Shown piece after piece: positions 25,623 to 38,400 of a DNA stretch of 64,000 nucleotides (position 1 is its first letter; each line of letters opens with the position of its first letter). The notes beneath the pieces were generated by a model, which did no database searches, was not told where the DNA came from, and was given only the letters and a program-made list of their open reading frames with translations. Origin of the DNA: Phoronis australis (lineage: Eukaryota > Animalia > Phoronida); contig NMRA01000442.1 of the NCBI GenBank assembly GCA_002633005.1, forward strand, positions 245,074 through 309,073, written 5' to 3'. The position numbers and the translations under genes are program-made.

Positions 25623-28600
25623 ATGGATGAACAGGAACAGTCCTCCAACACCAGAGACAGAACTAGCCAGACATATTCAGACCAGCCGTGGCCATGGATA
25701 GACAAAGGATGGGCCTGGGTCATTGTGGCTGGTGAGTGGTTTGTATTTATAACTAGGGTGTAGGATACAGCATTTTGCCTGTGTCAGTCTTGGTACAGCA
25801 TTTTGCCAGTGTCAGTCTTGGTTCATTACAGGGTCCTCCCTTCCTTTGACTTTACCAGATGAAGAGGGCTGTGAGCATGTGATAACAACTAGCTCCTTTG
25901 TTAACTGCCAAGCACAGTCTTTTGTCTGGTATGACAACAGGCAGACCAATTATCTACCAGGTTTATTACAGACCACCTGTGAACACAGTCAAACCAGGCC
26001 AGAGCTTAACGTTCGGAAAAAATAGATTGTCGTAACTTTGGTTGTTGTTTAGCCAAAAAGTAAACACGATCAGAATTTGACGAGGAATTCAGAAATGCTA
26101 TTGGTTTATGTTCAGATATGTTATAACTTAACTTTTATTTGCACAGCCCAGTCAGGCTAGACACGATCTTATTGGAGATTAGAGTAATGATGGAACAAAA
26201 AAAAGCTAGCCCTCCAAATATGAATGCCAGAATGGAGTTAATCAGTCGTGTAAGACATTGGCTACAGGGGTCATCTTCCCAACTTGTTGTTTGGGTATAG
26301 AATCGCAAGTGGAAACGCTGTCATGTAACATATTAAGCTGTAGAAACTGGTGTTTATTTCACTGTTAGACCTGTAGAGAACAGACTGTGGATAGGGCCTC
26401 CTGAAAAAGAATCACTCCTGCATCTTAATCTAAAACTTGCATAAGTCGTATTAAACCGTCTTGAGTATGGTGAAATCTGAAGGGGTGAGTGCACGGACTT
26501 GAACAACCATACATTCGTTAGGCAAACCTTACACTATGCTTTGCACGCAAGTGCACGAGAAAGCGTGCAGAATATCCAGCAAAGTCTTCGGCACATCAAA
26601 GGCTTGATGGTGCCGTCATGGATTGAAGTCAGCTAGTTGCTATTCATGGGCTTGGCTGAAAGTGCTGGATGAGATAATTGCAGTCGTAAAACAACAGGAC
26701 TGTTGAGTGTGTGAGTTTCAAAGTAAAAAAATGAACAATAAGCAGGGCAAACGACCAACATGACTTTTTAAAATTGAAATGTAAACAGTAGCCGTCATTG
26801 AATTTTTAAAATCGATGCAGTATAAGAGAAAATATTTTTCTTTAGCATTGCAGCTAAGCCACGATAATTAATTTGTGAATGGATCAGGACGAGTTAGTCA
26901 CAGTCTGGATTAAGGTCGCTTAGGTGTTGGGGGGGTAACAAACCCCCAAATGTTAGGGTAGGATTTGTCTCATGTTGGAAAAAGCGACTCAGCCATTTGC
27001 CAAAAGTATTACAATTACAATATATATCAAAACAGCGTGACACTTGCGAGAATAGTGGACAAATTTTGCAAGTGAAATACTGGGAGTTCTAATGAGAAAT
27101 TCAAATATAAATAATGTGGGAGATTTATGCCAAAAGCGACCACTTAAGTATTATACCTGAAGATTTTGGTAGGTGTTGCACACTAAACGAGGTATTCATA
27201 TTCAACACAATGCAAGTTACATAATTTATACAATCTGCTTTCCTACACCTGATTGACAATGGGAAGATACTGTTAAGAATAGCCACACTCCAACAGTTAC
27301 TGTTCCTTACAAAGCTGGCCCGATAACAAGAACATCAGTGCCAGCAAATCTGACTGATAAAGCATATACCGTATTCGCCCTAATAAGCGCTCATGCCCCT
27401 ATAAGCACCCCGTGTTTTCAGACTTCGTTGAAATAAGCGCCCAGCCCATGCATGAGCGTCTACATGCGAAAAATTACTGAGCATAATTTTGTAGACAATG
27501 AGTGAAGAAGTACAGTGATTATTTATTTAAGTGTATTTCCTTAACGATATATCCTTACAACTTCTGCTACATGTATTTTCAGTCACAGTTGTGTCTGTAA
27601 CTCTTGTTCTTTCGCATCAGGCTCCTTTGCAGTGAACTACGCCGCCTTAGGACAGATGAGATGCATTGGTATTCACTTCATAGAGATACAGAGCATCTTT
27701 GATGAAAGTAGCACCATGGTGTCCATCATGCCATCTGTCGTATACTTCCTAGCACTTGGCATGTGTAAGTTGAGCGTACATAGTTGTCATACACAAAAAA
27801 CGAGTTCGTGACGGCCCTGGATGAGTTGAGAACGGTATAATTGCAACCTTTTCCCAATCTGGTCAGCATTTTCAGATAAACATTGTTCTTAATTAATATG
27901 AGTTTCCTGCTCACTTTGATGTAAACGAGTGTGAATTGGTTAGTTTACTCTACATAGATGAATATTCAAGAAGATGGATGAAAACACTGACTCCTTAATT
28001 GTTTTCATAACAAAAACTTTGCTTTTGCACAACATTTTACATATTCCAAAACTCAGAAGAATCACATCAATTAAGGAAACAAAATCACGGATACATGAAT
28101 TTTGATTTCCTCAATTTCTTCCCCAAAAGATAAGTATCACCAAATTAATGCTATTCATGTTCAGTTTTGTACCATATCTACCACCAGAAAAGAATTTGAA
28201 AAAAATGTGGATATTCATATCAATGTTAAAGCCCATGATGATGGCAAAGTGTATCTGTTACTTAATATATAGGAGTACACGTGGACCTGGCGCCCTCTGT
28301 AGGGTCTTCCAGGCAGCATTTAACTTCAATCAAAGCCCGTACACTTGGCAGAGAAAACAAGTGAATGCCCACATTAGTATATGACTTTAAATTCATTCAT
28401 TATATCTTTTGTACTCAAAGGCTAAAGTAGGAATGCCCTTCGCCATTACAGGTCTCGTCTCAAGCGTGTTGACTTCATGCTTTGGGTCCCGTCCCGTTAT
28501 ACTTGGCGGAATTATCCTCATCGCTGCGGCCTATGGCTCACTGGCATTCGCTACCCATATCATTCACGTGCTAGTCTTCTTCAGTATACCATTTGGTATT

Positions 28601-31600
28601 GGTGTTGGGTTGGTGTACACATCAACCATAGTATTGATATCAAAGTATTTTGTGAAGTACCGATCGACCGCCCAAGGTGTGTCCTTGGCCGGTTTCTCAC
28701 TTGCTGGCATAACCGTTCCATGGCTTATCAGGTACAAAACTGCATAATACTTTTAGATCAAAATTTAATGATCCGTTTCACTGGGGTCCGTGATTTATTT
28801 ACAGTATTAATCAATGGCAACCCAAATAATTTAGGGAAAATGTTTTTAATCAATCAAAATTACCACCATCTTTAATTATAAAAAATGCTCAAAATAGTAC
28901 AAAGTTCAACCAAGGTAATTTTATTCTCCTAACCACACATAATAAATTTCCAAAAGAAACCTTTACAGTAAACAACGTTGCAGGGTCAACTTTTGGCAAC
29001 TAGACTATACCTCTTAAATGCTTGTTTTATGACAGTCTCTATCTCTACCTAATTCTAGTGCAATCAAAGACGAATTCGGTTTTCGGGGTACCATGGTTGT
29101 TATTGGTGGAATCCTTCTTCATACAGCTATTCCAGCAAGCCTGTTCCGACCACCAGAATACTGGGAAACAGAACTTGCCATGAAACATAGAAGAGAAAAG
29201 AAACACAACTTAGTCGAACAGCCTTTGATTGACAACACACAGACAAACCACCAAACAGCTGGTGGTCAACTTTCAAGAAGTCATGACACTGTTCTGGAAC
29301 CAACTGATAGAAAAGTGAAACCTGGACGACGACTCTTCTTGAGTGCGATGGATTTGTCAGAAGTAAATAGTTCAAATCGAACAGAGATGGGTTCGATGAT
29401 AATTCTGGGACATGAAGTTCGGGCAAGCAAATTAGAAATAGGCTACTTGGAAGAACAAGCCAAGGAGATGGAACAAGTTGAAGCTAAAATGCATTGGAAA
29501 CAATTGCTGCTTCATAGACTGAAAGCATCCATCCAGTGGTCTGTTCTAAAAGACGTGCCATTTCTCATCCACCTAGTGGTTGCCATTTGTGGTTTTATAG
29601 GCTTCCAGATTACATACACAGTACTGCCGGCACACGCAGAGGATTTGGGATTTAGTCGGAAGGACGCATACTTCCTTATAACAGTAGCTTGCATTGGCGA
29701 GTTCCCCGCTCGGATCCTCCTCAGTATTGTGGCGGACAAGTGGGCGGAGATAAAATGGGGCTACAGATTTCAGGTCATGTCTGTGTGCCTCTGTATCACT
29801 GGAGCTGGTGTATTTGTGATTGCTTTCGCTACGTCATACGCACACCTAGTCGTGGGTTCAGCAGCAGTGGCATTCTTCTGTGGTGGGGGATTTCTCGCCA
29901 TCCAAATAGATGTACTTAGGGATGCCATAGGGCTGGAGAAACTGACCAATGGCGGATTGGGACTGAACTTGTTTTTCCAAGCTGTCACAATGAGTTCGGG
30001 TGCTGTGATCATAGGTAAACAGATATCAAGAAATGTGTAGCAGTTTGTTTGCAAAGTCAAAATAGATTTTTTAAAGTTTTAAGCCATGCAGAGCAACTTA
30101 AAATATTCTAGTTTGGAAAGAAAATGATTTGTCAGATGTTTCTAATGAAATGGCGTAGCAACAACCTTGTTTCTGGAGTGAGTTTGATGATCTTGACTTT
30201 TAGTAATGTCCAGGTGAATTGGGCAAATTTCAAGTAGCATTTCTAGTTCAAGTTCCTGCAAAATGGACCTACCAAAGTTACTGAACAAACAATTTCCATC
30301 CTCAGACAAGGCTTTATGCTTAATTCAAAAGAATGGCTTCAATGATTCTACCATAGACTATAGTACATGGACTGCCAACCCTGTATATTTTCAATGGACG
30401 AAATCTGTGATCTTGCACATAAGCAGTGACATCACTATTCACTAGTGACACCTGGCAAAATTAGCAAGTTTTACTTCCAGCAAGTACGTCATCTGCCAAT
30501 CATGGTTGGCTGTTGTGTGGTCGGGTGTCAAAAGTACTCACGATACCAACCGTTGTATTATTGAAAGACTTTGGACAGTGTTTCAATGCCGAAATGATTT
30601 TTTTCTATATAGTAAAATAGATGAGAGAATTTCCCGTCACAATAATATTACACTAACCGGAAACTGAAACGGATAATTTAGGATTGTGGTGCCTCCTCTA
30701 GGATAGTACGCAAGAAAATGTCGGAGTTGCATGAATCTGATGTCTATAATCCATGCTTCTTTTTTGAATGAAACATTTATTAATTCAACCAACAAGTACA
30801 TAGTGTACAGCCTTATGAAATCTAGTCTAATACATCAAACAAATTACGAAGATTACTGATTACGCAACTAAACATTCGAATCTCGTATTTACCTACAGTG
30901 CCACAATATCGTTCAAGCCTCGTTTTTGCGCCAATGGATGTTTTTGTAGTTATCATATTCTTTACAAGTTTTTCTTGGCTGCATTAGTCTCTTCCTCCTA
31001 CTAGTGCCAACAAACTATAACTGCTCCACCTCCAAGGGAAGACTTAGTTGGATAAAGTTGGCCAATATTTGGGAATGCGTGATATTAAGTTCTTCGCCTT
31101 TCCAACATCAATCAAAAACAAGAAAATGTGAAACGAGTGAATAAAGAAAGTTCACTGAACAATAATCCCCTTTTGGCCTTTCCAAGTCCAATACTAAGAG
31201 TAAATCCTCAATAGTTCCATGGCCATATACTTCAATGGTTTCCAATGTGACCTGTGAAAATGTGGCAGACACTCCAAACTAGGCCAATGAAAACAACATG
31301 CCTTCTTAAATCTGGAAGCTATTGCAGTGTAATCCAGCCCTATTGTCTTTGAACACATTGAACTCAGACCGTACTATGACCATCTTCAGTCAGTCAGTGA
31401 GTCTAAACCTTTAAAATAAGCTATTTAGGAAAATGTCACTGTTACCAGTGTGCAATTTCACATCAGCAAAAACTGAAAAAAACATTTCCTAATAACATCT
31501 ATACAAACATCAGCTTGCAAATGACAAAGTGAGAACAACACAAAATACTACGGGTGACATGATGTCTGAAAATTTCAGTTACTTGCTTCAGTCATGTCAT

Positions 31601-31967
31601 TAATGCTCTTTTACCCTATTGTGAACTCAACAACCAACCCAAGTATATAAACTTTCACGGCAATGTGAATTTAACCCGAGAATGATTTAAAAACATCAGC
31701 CATAATCAGTCCACTACTAACCTATTTCAGTTTTCTAATAAATTATAACTACAAAAAAGCATACTGCCTACTGTCTGGTAATGCTTATAAAATAGGTTAA
31801 TACCCTAACTAACCACATCAAATGCATTCATTTCAGGGTTGCTGAGAGACAGGCTAGGAAGTTACAAATTGCCCTACGTCATGATTGGCTGTCTCGCCAT
31901 TGCTGGGGGTCTACTGACATGGTTGCAGCTGCCAGCCAGGAAGTGGAGACAATCCCAGAATGCTTAG
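25623..31967 (+). CDS. SLC16: SLC16/monocarboxylate transporter family protein, gene 3 (~539 aa)
   Basis: Exons 25623-25731, 27621-27764, 28452-28731, 29059-30014, 31837-31967 (1620 nt, in frame, GT-AG). Same motifs as gene 2. Confidence 0.9.
27369..27450 (+). mobile_element. Left-end fragment of a CCGTA-terminus Tc1/pogo-like element
   Basis: TA|CCGTATTCGCCCTAATAAGCGC with TAAGCGCCC/TAAGCACCC repeats, resembling the 64-2482 element. Confidence 0.5.
30352..30755 (+). mobile_element. ~400 bp MITE, copy in the last intron of gene 3
   Basis: CATAGACTATAG...CTATAATCCATG termini; homologous to 40682-41078 and, inverted, to 18705-19103. Confidence 0.75.
30756..31360 (-). mobile_element. 5'-truncated retroposed fragment (LINE 3' end or processed pseudogene)
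   Basis: On - strand a decayed ORF followed by AATAAA and an A-rich tail (plus strand TTTTTTTGAATGAAACATTTATT at ~30760-30782). Shared with gene 4 (41312-41820), absent from gene 5. Confidence 0.45.
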
Positions 31968-32377
31968 GACCAGTGTACAATATTATGAATTGTGCTTGCA
32001 GTATAAGGCTATGTTGGACCTTGCAGACGGGTCTGAGAGACTAATATATTTATCCAAACATATATAAAACTACAGAGTTTAACTCACTAAAAGTATACAT
32101 TCTAAAAAGCAGAAAGGATGTTTAATTTGATTTTTAACTTCCTGCCAATCTAGGCGACTTTTAGTATTTATTGAAACAGAAAAGTAAATTGATAGCAAAG
32201 TTATATGTTCAAAAACACCGCTTTGGTTTTCTAAATAATATTTAATTTCTATTGTATGCAAATTTATATTATTTTCTTGAAAACCTTGTTGTATATTTCA
32301 TAGCCCCTCATGCAAAAACCGACATTATAAAAACAATTCCTAAATATGGTTTAAAGAACAGTACATAAAGCATAGTA

Positions 32378-32500
32378 CAGTACTCGTCCGGTTCCTTGCC
32401 CATGCTCGGCTTACTGCCCACCACCGAAATTTTCAATTTCTCATTTTTAAGCACCCATGCCTGGCTTACCGCCCACCCTCAAATTTTTATGATAGAGACC
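32378..32500 (+). mobile_element. Degenerate left arm of the CCGTA-terminus transposon family
   Basis: TA|CAGTACTCGTCCGGTTCCTTGCCCATGCTCGGCTTACTGCCCA aligns to the left TIR at 64 with several substitutions. Inserted at a TA where the gene 4 paralogous flank is uninterrupted. Confidence 0.55.
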
Positions 32501-32639
32501 TCCTTAAAAGTGTGTGTGCTTTTGCGAACGTTCGTCTCGCAAACTAAGATTCCCAAACGGGCGCAATCAATCAGTTTTAGTGGAGCCGGGAACTTGCCTT
32601 ACTATGGCAGTAAAATACCCGTAATCATAGCTTTAAAAT

Positions 32640-33170
32640 CATACAAGTGTAACTTTATCAACGACAGTACTTTCTTCCAGTCTTCCCAAACCAATGAAAA
32701 CTTTGAAATAAAACATTATTCTGACTACACCACCACTGACCAATATTAGTTACCTAATGACATGTAAAAATGTTCTATCCAATACGTAGGACAAACTCAA
32801 CATAATCTACAAACTCGGTTTCGTAATCATAGATTTAAAATAATACATTGATACTATAGGTAATCATTTCAATTCCAAAAACCATAATCTTCAAGATCCT
32901 TCTGTACGAATAATAGAAAAACTCTAATACCCCAGTACTCCTCACAGACTCAAAAGAGAACAATTTTGGATAGATAAGCTCAAACACTTGAACCTAATGG
33001 ATTAAACATAAAAACTTTCAAAATTATATCCTTGAAATTTTTCCGCAACAATGTGTCATATTCATTACATCACATCTTAAATGTCAGTTGTCATATAATG
33101 TTTGATTTTACTTTATTTCTGTTTCTGTTGACCAAGGACGTTATTATATCCGAAAATTTCAGTTGATCCA
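32640..33170 (+). mobile_element. Penelope-like retroelement relic (GIY-YIG endonuclease plus 3' hammerhead-like motif)
   Basis: From 32742: NISYLMTCKKCSIQYVGQTQHNLQTRFRNHR..., then (frameshifted) GNHFNSKNH...IIEK...REQFWIDKL..LEPNGLN. Degenerate TTGACCAAGGA...TCCGAAA at ~33128-33155. Confidence 0.75.
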
Positions 33171-33338
33171 TTCTTGTTGTTTTGTATACCTATATAAGAA
33201 ATTCTACATTTCGTGAAACAATAGTATCCTTGAGAGGATCTGGATCGCCTTATTTAGTTTCAGATTTATTCAATGTTAACAATTTCTAAAAATCATTGTC
33301 AGGCGGTATCTGTGGTAAACAAGGTGCAGTCTTTCAAT

Positions 33339-34446
33339 AAACAAGAGCAATGCGGAGCGGAGCGTTGAAATGTGCCCACGAATACAATGCAATGCAAATT
33401 GTGTGCTTTTAGGGGTGTTTATTTGTCCAAAAGTCCGTAGTCAACATCATATAAATACACTTGCTACATTAAGTAAATATCCTGCAAACGGTTTAGGAGA
33501 TACAGCCATGAGCGCAAAAAAAACTGCCACTAGGAGGCGCCACAGTAGTTGAACTCGTCAGCCGTTCATTTCGTAGTAAAAACATAATGCCAATTTTCAC
33601 AATTATCCTGGAAGCGGTTTGGTTGATAGAGGAGTGGACGCCAAAAAACAGACTCGAAAACAGTTAAAATGACCACTAGGTGGCACAATCTAGGTCAAAT
33701 CCATCTGAAAACGGAGAAATAGTGTTACCTCATTAACAGATACCTGTATGCCAAATTTTATGAAAATACGTTGAGAACCTTTGAACATACAGAGGTAAAC
33801 GTAAAAAACTAAAACTGCCACTAGGGGGCACACCGGTAGTCAGATCTGTCTGATAGTCATCAGCCTTCGTTGTTATCATCATATAAATTCACTTACGAAA
33901 TTTAGTAAAGATGCTGCGAACGGTTTAGGAGATACAGCCATAAGGCGCAAAAAACAAAACTGCCTCTAGGAAGTGCCACAGTTGTCCAAATCATCGGAAA
34001 ATCATCCTCAGCCGTCCACTTCATAGTAAAAACATACGCGCCAATTTCCAAAATCATCCTTTAAACGGTTTGGTTGATAAAAGGGTGGATGCAAAAAACA
34101 AACTCGGAAACAGAAAAAATGGCCTCTCGGTGGCGCAAACTACGTTGAATCCATCCGAAAACAGGTGGACAGCGTCACCTCAGTAATAGGTGCCTATATA
34201 CCAAATTTTATGAAACTCCATTCAGGACAGAGGTAAATGTTAAATTACAACTGCCACTAGGGGGCACACCGGTAGTCGGATCTTTCCGAAATTTCGCTCA
34301 TGCCTTTCCATCCACAGAAGGAACACATGTGCAAAATTTCATGAACATATGTCAAGGCGTTTTGGAGATAGAGCAGTGGACGCCGGACGGATGGACGGAG
34401 ATGATGGCACAATGCGTCCCCATATAAATATGTGGGCAAATAAAAA
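33339..34446 (-). mobile_element. Helentron-associated non-autonomous element (HINE/DINE-1 type) with internal tandem repeats, copy A
   Basis: Plus-strand AAACAAGAGCAATGCGGAGC...GTTGAAATGTGCCCAC (3' stem-loop plus subTIR); ~145-160 bp GCCACTAG units; GGAC microsatellite; CCCATATAAATATGTGGG hairpin/subTIR at the other end. Confidence 0.75.
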
Positions 34447-34525
34447 TTGCTACTAGAGGGCACAGCAGTACTCGGGTCGGTCCCAAACTCGTTGCCCTAT
34501 GTTGNNNNNNNNNNNNNNNNNNNNN

Positions 34526-34915
34526 AGCATAATTCGCAATAATCGGTCTCACCTGAGGCGCCATATTATGTAGCAAACTTTCTATGCAAGCGTTCGGAGT
34601 TTGACCACACTCTACATTTTCGAAACTATTTGTTAATTAGAGTGCGCAGAGTACGCACTTGGTGGCGATAAAGTTCTTTTCAAAGTGTTAGGCGATCCCA
34701 GTATGTGGCTTAGTACGTGTGGTGACTCAGATCATAAGGTAAGATTAACCGCCCAGGGCGGTTGCCGGTCGTAATAAGCGCCCATGTTCAGTTAACCGCC
34801 CCCCCCGATTTCTTGAAATTTCACGTTTAAGCGCCCATGTCTGGTTAACCGCCCACCCCCGATTTTTTGGGTTCGCCAATTTAACCGCCCAGGGCGTTAA
34901 CCCGAACGATTACGG
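34526..34915. mobile_element. Right arm of the 64-2482 transposon family
   Basis: Ends ...GGGCGTTAACCCGAACGATTACGG|TA. The last ~180 bp closely match 2300-2482. Left side lost in the N-gap. Confidence 0.8.
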
Positions 34916-35410
34916 TAGAATAAATGATATAGGTATATACATATACATGTATAGCTATATACATATACATGTATAGCTATATAGATGCTATTAGTATTTT
35001 AAATTATTCATTCAAGAAAATCGGGTATTGTGGGATTGTGTTGTTACTAATAATATACAGTCTTTTCTTAACTCAATAACTACAATGCACTGGCCACTGT
35101 GTACCTGTACATAAAATAAGCCTTTACAAACAATCCCAGTAGACCAGCTGTTTTGCTCAAGTGACCCAGATATGTGATATAGGTGATGTGTCACTCTAAT
35201 AAGAACATTGGGAGCCATTACTTCCATAGCCAACACCAACACAATGGGAGTTGAAGAAAAGATAGAACAGTTTACCACAATAGACCATTATAAATGCTGC
35301 TGGAGCAAGGATACGCAACACAGGACACTGAATAGGAGGACTTATAAGTAGGATGCAAAACAGACCAGACCCACACATCAATTATCTATTGGTGTGTTTT
35401 CTGATTAGAC

Positions 35411-38400
35411 ATGTCCAAAGCAGGAAGTCTACAGTCAAAAGCTGATGGTCTAGAGTCATCAGACATGGACAGACAAGATCAACTGCTCAGCACCAGAGAC
35501 CAAATTAGTCAAACAGATTCAGACCAGCGGCCATGGATAGACAGAGGATGGGCCTGGGTCATTGTGGCTGGTGAGTGGTTTGTATTTATAACTAGGACGC
35601 AGGATACAACATTTTGCCTGTTATTCTTCCTTTGGCAAATAATACTTAAGTTATATGAAACTAGATGTCATTTCATTGCCATAAGACTTGTGAATAAAAC
35701 CCATTTGGATCTCAAGTCTGGTAATTTTCAAAGCAAGCAGTGCACACTTTATTATCCATTGCACATATGACACAGAAGAGGCAACCATAAAAATCTAAAA
35801 TTTCCACTAAACGACACAGCGGTAGACGAATCTGTCAAAAATTTGTTGCCACCTGTCCTTAGGTTAGTAAGAGCACATCTGTAAAATCTCAATAAGATCC
35901 TGCAAATGATTTAGGAGACACAACAGTGGAGGCCATGTGGAGAATTTCTCACTTGCACTGGTCACTGCTCTGATTCTGTAAGACCCAGACAACTTTTATG
36001 ATGCCTATTCAGCATGCCTTTTATATATTGATGTACATCTGAGCTAATAAAGTGGAAGGTAATAGCTAGCACTATTTTCTTAACAATGGTAGTTGTTATT
36101 TTCCCAAATTTGTTTTCTCTGACATTTGCACAGAGTTAAAGCCTTCAATGCAGGGTTCTCCATGAACTGTTTTGACTGGTAAATGAGTTTAAACATAGTT
36201 CACTGTACTAAGAGGCAGCTAACTGCATCATAATAAGGCATAAGGCGCCCGGGGCTCTTAGCGAAATTCCTTTCGGGGGGGGGGNNNNNNNNNNNNNNNN
36301 NNNNNNNNNNNNNNNNNNNNNNNNNNNNNNNNNNNNNNNNNNNNNNNNNNNNNNNNNNNNNNNNNNNNNNNNNNNNNNNNNNNNNNNNNNNNNNNNNNNN
36401 NNNNNNNNNNNNNNNNNNNNNNNNNNNNNNTCTACAAAACTTTGGTGCATTCCTATCAAACTTCGTTGTTAAATTACAATCATTTTACAGAAAATTGTGC
36501 TGAAATCCCAGGGTGAAAACTCGCCGATGCACTGGCTGCCTCCCAATCGTTGAGAGGGCACCTTGAATAAAAATATAGTTTAGACTCAACAATTACCTGA
36601 AATCCTGCACTTACGAATAACTAGCGTCCCTAAGATTTTAAGATCCTCCGGAGTTGGTATTAAGATCAAGATAGGTTTAAATCGGGGCAAGATCGTTCCC
36701 AGCAACACGAGAAAAATCTCTGGACAAACACACGTCGTAGTCACGTGACCTTTGTTTCGAAGATCGTCTACGTGTGTGTGAATGAGCGAGCGCGTGCGTG
36801 TCATGAGCGATCATTTGATGGAGTAAACACAACGTAACAATTTGGATGTTCATTGTAACTAAAGAAATAACACAAGTAGTATCACGAGAACGCGTTTTAT
36901 GTAGCACTTGCTGATCACATCTACTATTAAAACGTGCGAGAATTGCTTCAGTAGGGCCTAAAGCCACATGTCATTGAGTCACCGGGTGACTGGATATGTG
37001 AGTCTGAGTTATTTTCCGGGAGATTCAGGGGCGGAGGTGTCCACTATGGGTGGGGCATTTTATCAGGTATTTTACTTTAAAAACACCAACTATGAATACA
37101 TCAAAAAAGTGATTAATAAAACAATCCCTTTTAAAAATTACACAACAGCTTTTACTGCATTACCACAACTTCTGCTACGCTAAGTTCAATGATGGCTGTG
37201 CCTGTAACTTATACGTCTGTAGTTCTGAATCTGTTTTTCTTTTCCAGGCTGCTTTGCAGTGAACTACGCTGCCTTAGGACAGATAAGATGTATTGGTATT
37301 CACTTCATAGAGATACAGAGCATCTTTGATGAAAGTAGCACCATGGTGTCCATCATGCCATCTGTTGTATACTTTCTAGTGCTTGCCATGTGTAAGTCTT
37401 CCATACAAAGAATGTAGTCTTACAAGAATATAGTCAAGGTCAAACATTGCTAAATTACGATTTGAGAAGTTACATGCATGATAGACAAACCTCATCAGAT
37501 CAACGCAAGGTGTTCAACACACAACCTCGTAATAGAATTGCGCAACGTGATCTCATAAACAGACAACTTTGATTAATTGTCAATGTGTGACTCGGTATAG
37601 TCAAAGGTTGTCTTCGCTTAGTTTGTGACTGACATCAGCAGCTTGGGCGATGTTAGGATACTGAGGTGACGGTAAAGTGAGGATATCATGTGCTTAAAAG
37701 TTTGAAACGCACGGACACATCCAGGCCATTGCCTTTAACACTGCACACTAATACTCCGTTTCCGCCAGAAAATCAATACACAACTACACAGTTTCGAGTT
37801 GGTTATGGGTAGTGCATGTGCACTGGTGTGGCAGAGAACTAAGGTTCAATAAACAAATTGACTTTTACACTGCGTTCAATGGGGACTCGACAATGATTTA
37901 TCTGTTTTTGATAGCAATTTAATATGATCAGCATGATTTTGCAGGTTTATTAGGACACAGAAAGTTTCAAATTGCTCACAAAGTTAGGTTAGTCTTTGCT
38001 CATCAGCTGATGGGCGACAATTTGGATTTGCAGTCTAGTACTTTCAAAATGCCTTTCTCACTAATATCGGTGCTTTGGTATTAAAGGAAGAGTCGGTTGA
38101 GTGGGAATGCTTACATCATTTGGTCTCGATCAAAGTTAGCAGCTCAAATTTACTTTACAGAAAACAGGGCGATTTAATAGCGAAGTGCTGACATGTCGCT
38201 ATGAGTGGGAACACACAACTTTAGTGTCCATCAGAAATATCAACAGGTGTCACTGCTGTGACAATGGTGATGGTCATATTATGCCTCCTCGCAATAACTT
38301 CAATGACTATAGCATCACCCAGCAATATCTCCAGGGTCTAGTAACCAATGAAGCTAATGGGAAAGCTCAAGATAACTTTGCAGTATATGTACACAAAAAT

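Noticed and set aside
32378-34915. A single intact transposon from the degenerate left arm to the right arm
   Set aside because: The interior includes host flank and HINE sequence also present after gene 4, plus an N-gap; more likely two copies with deletions
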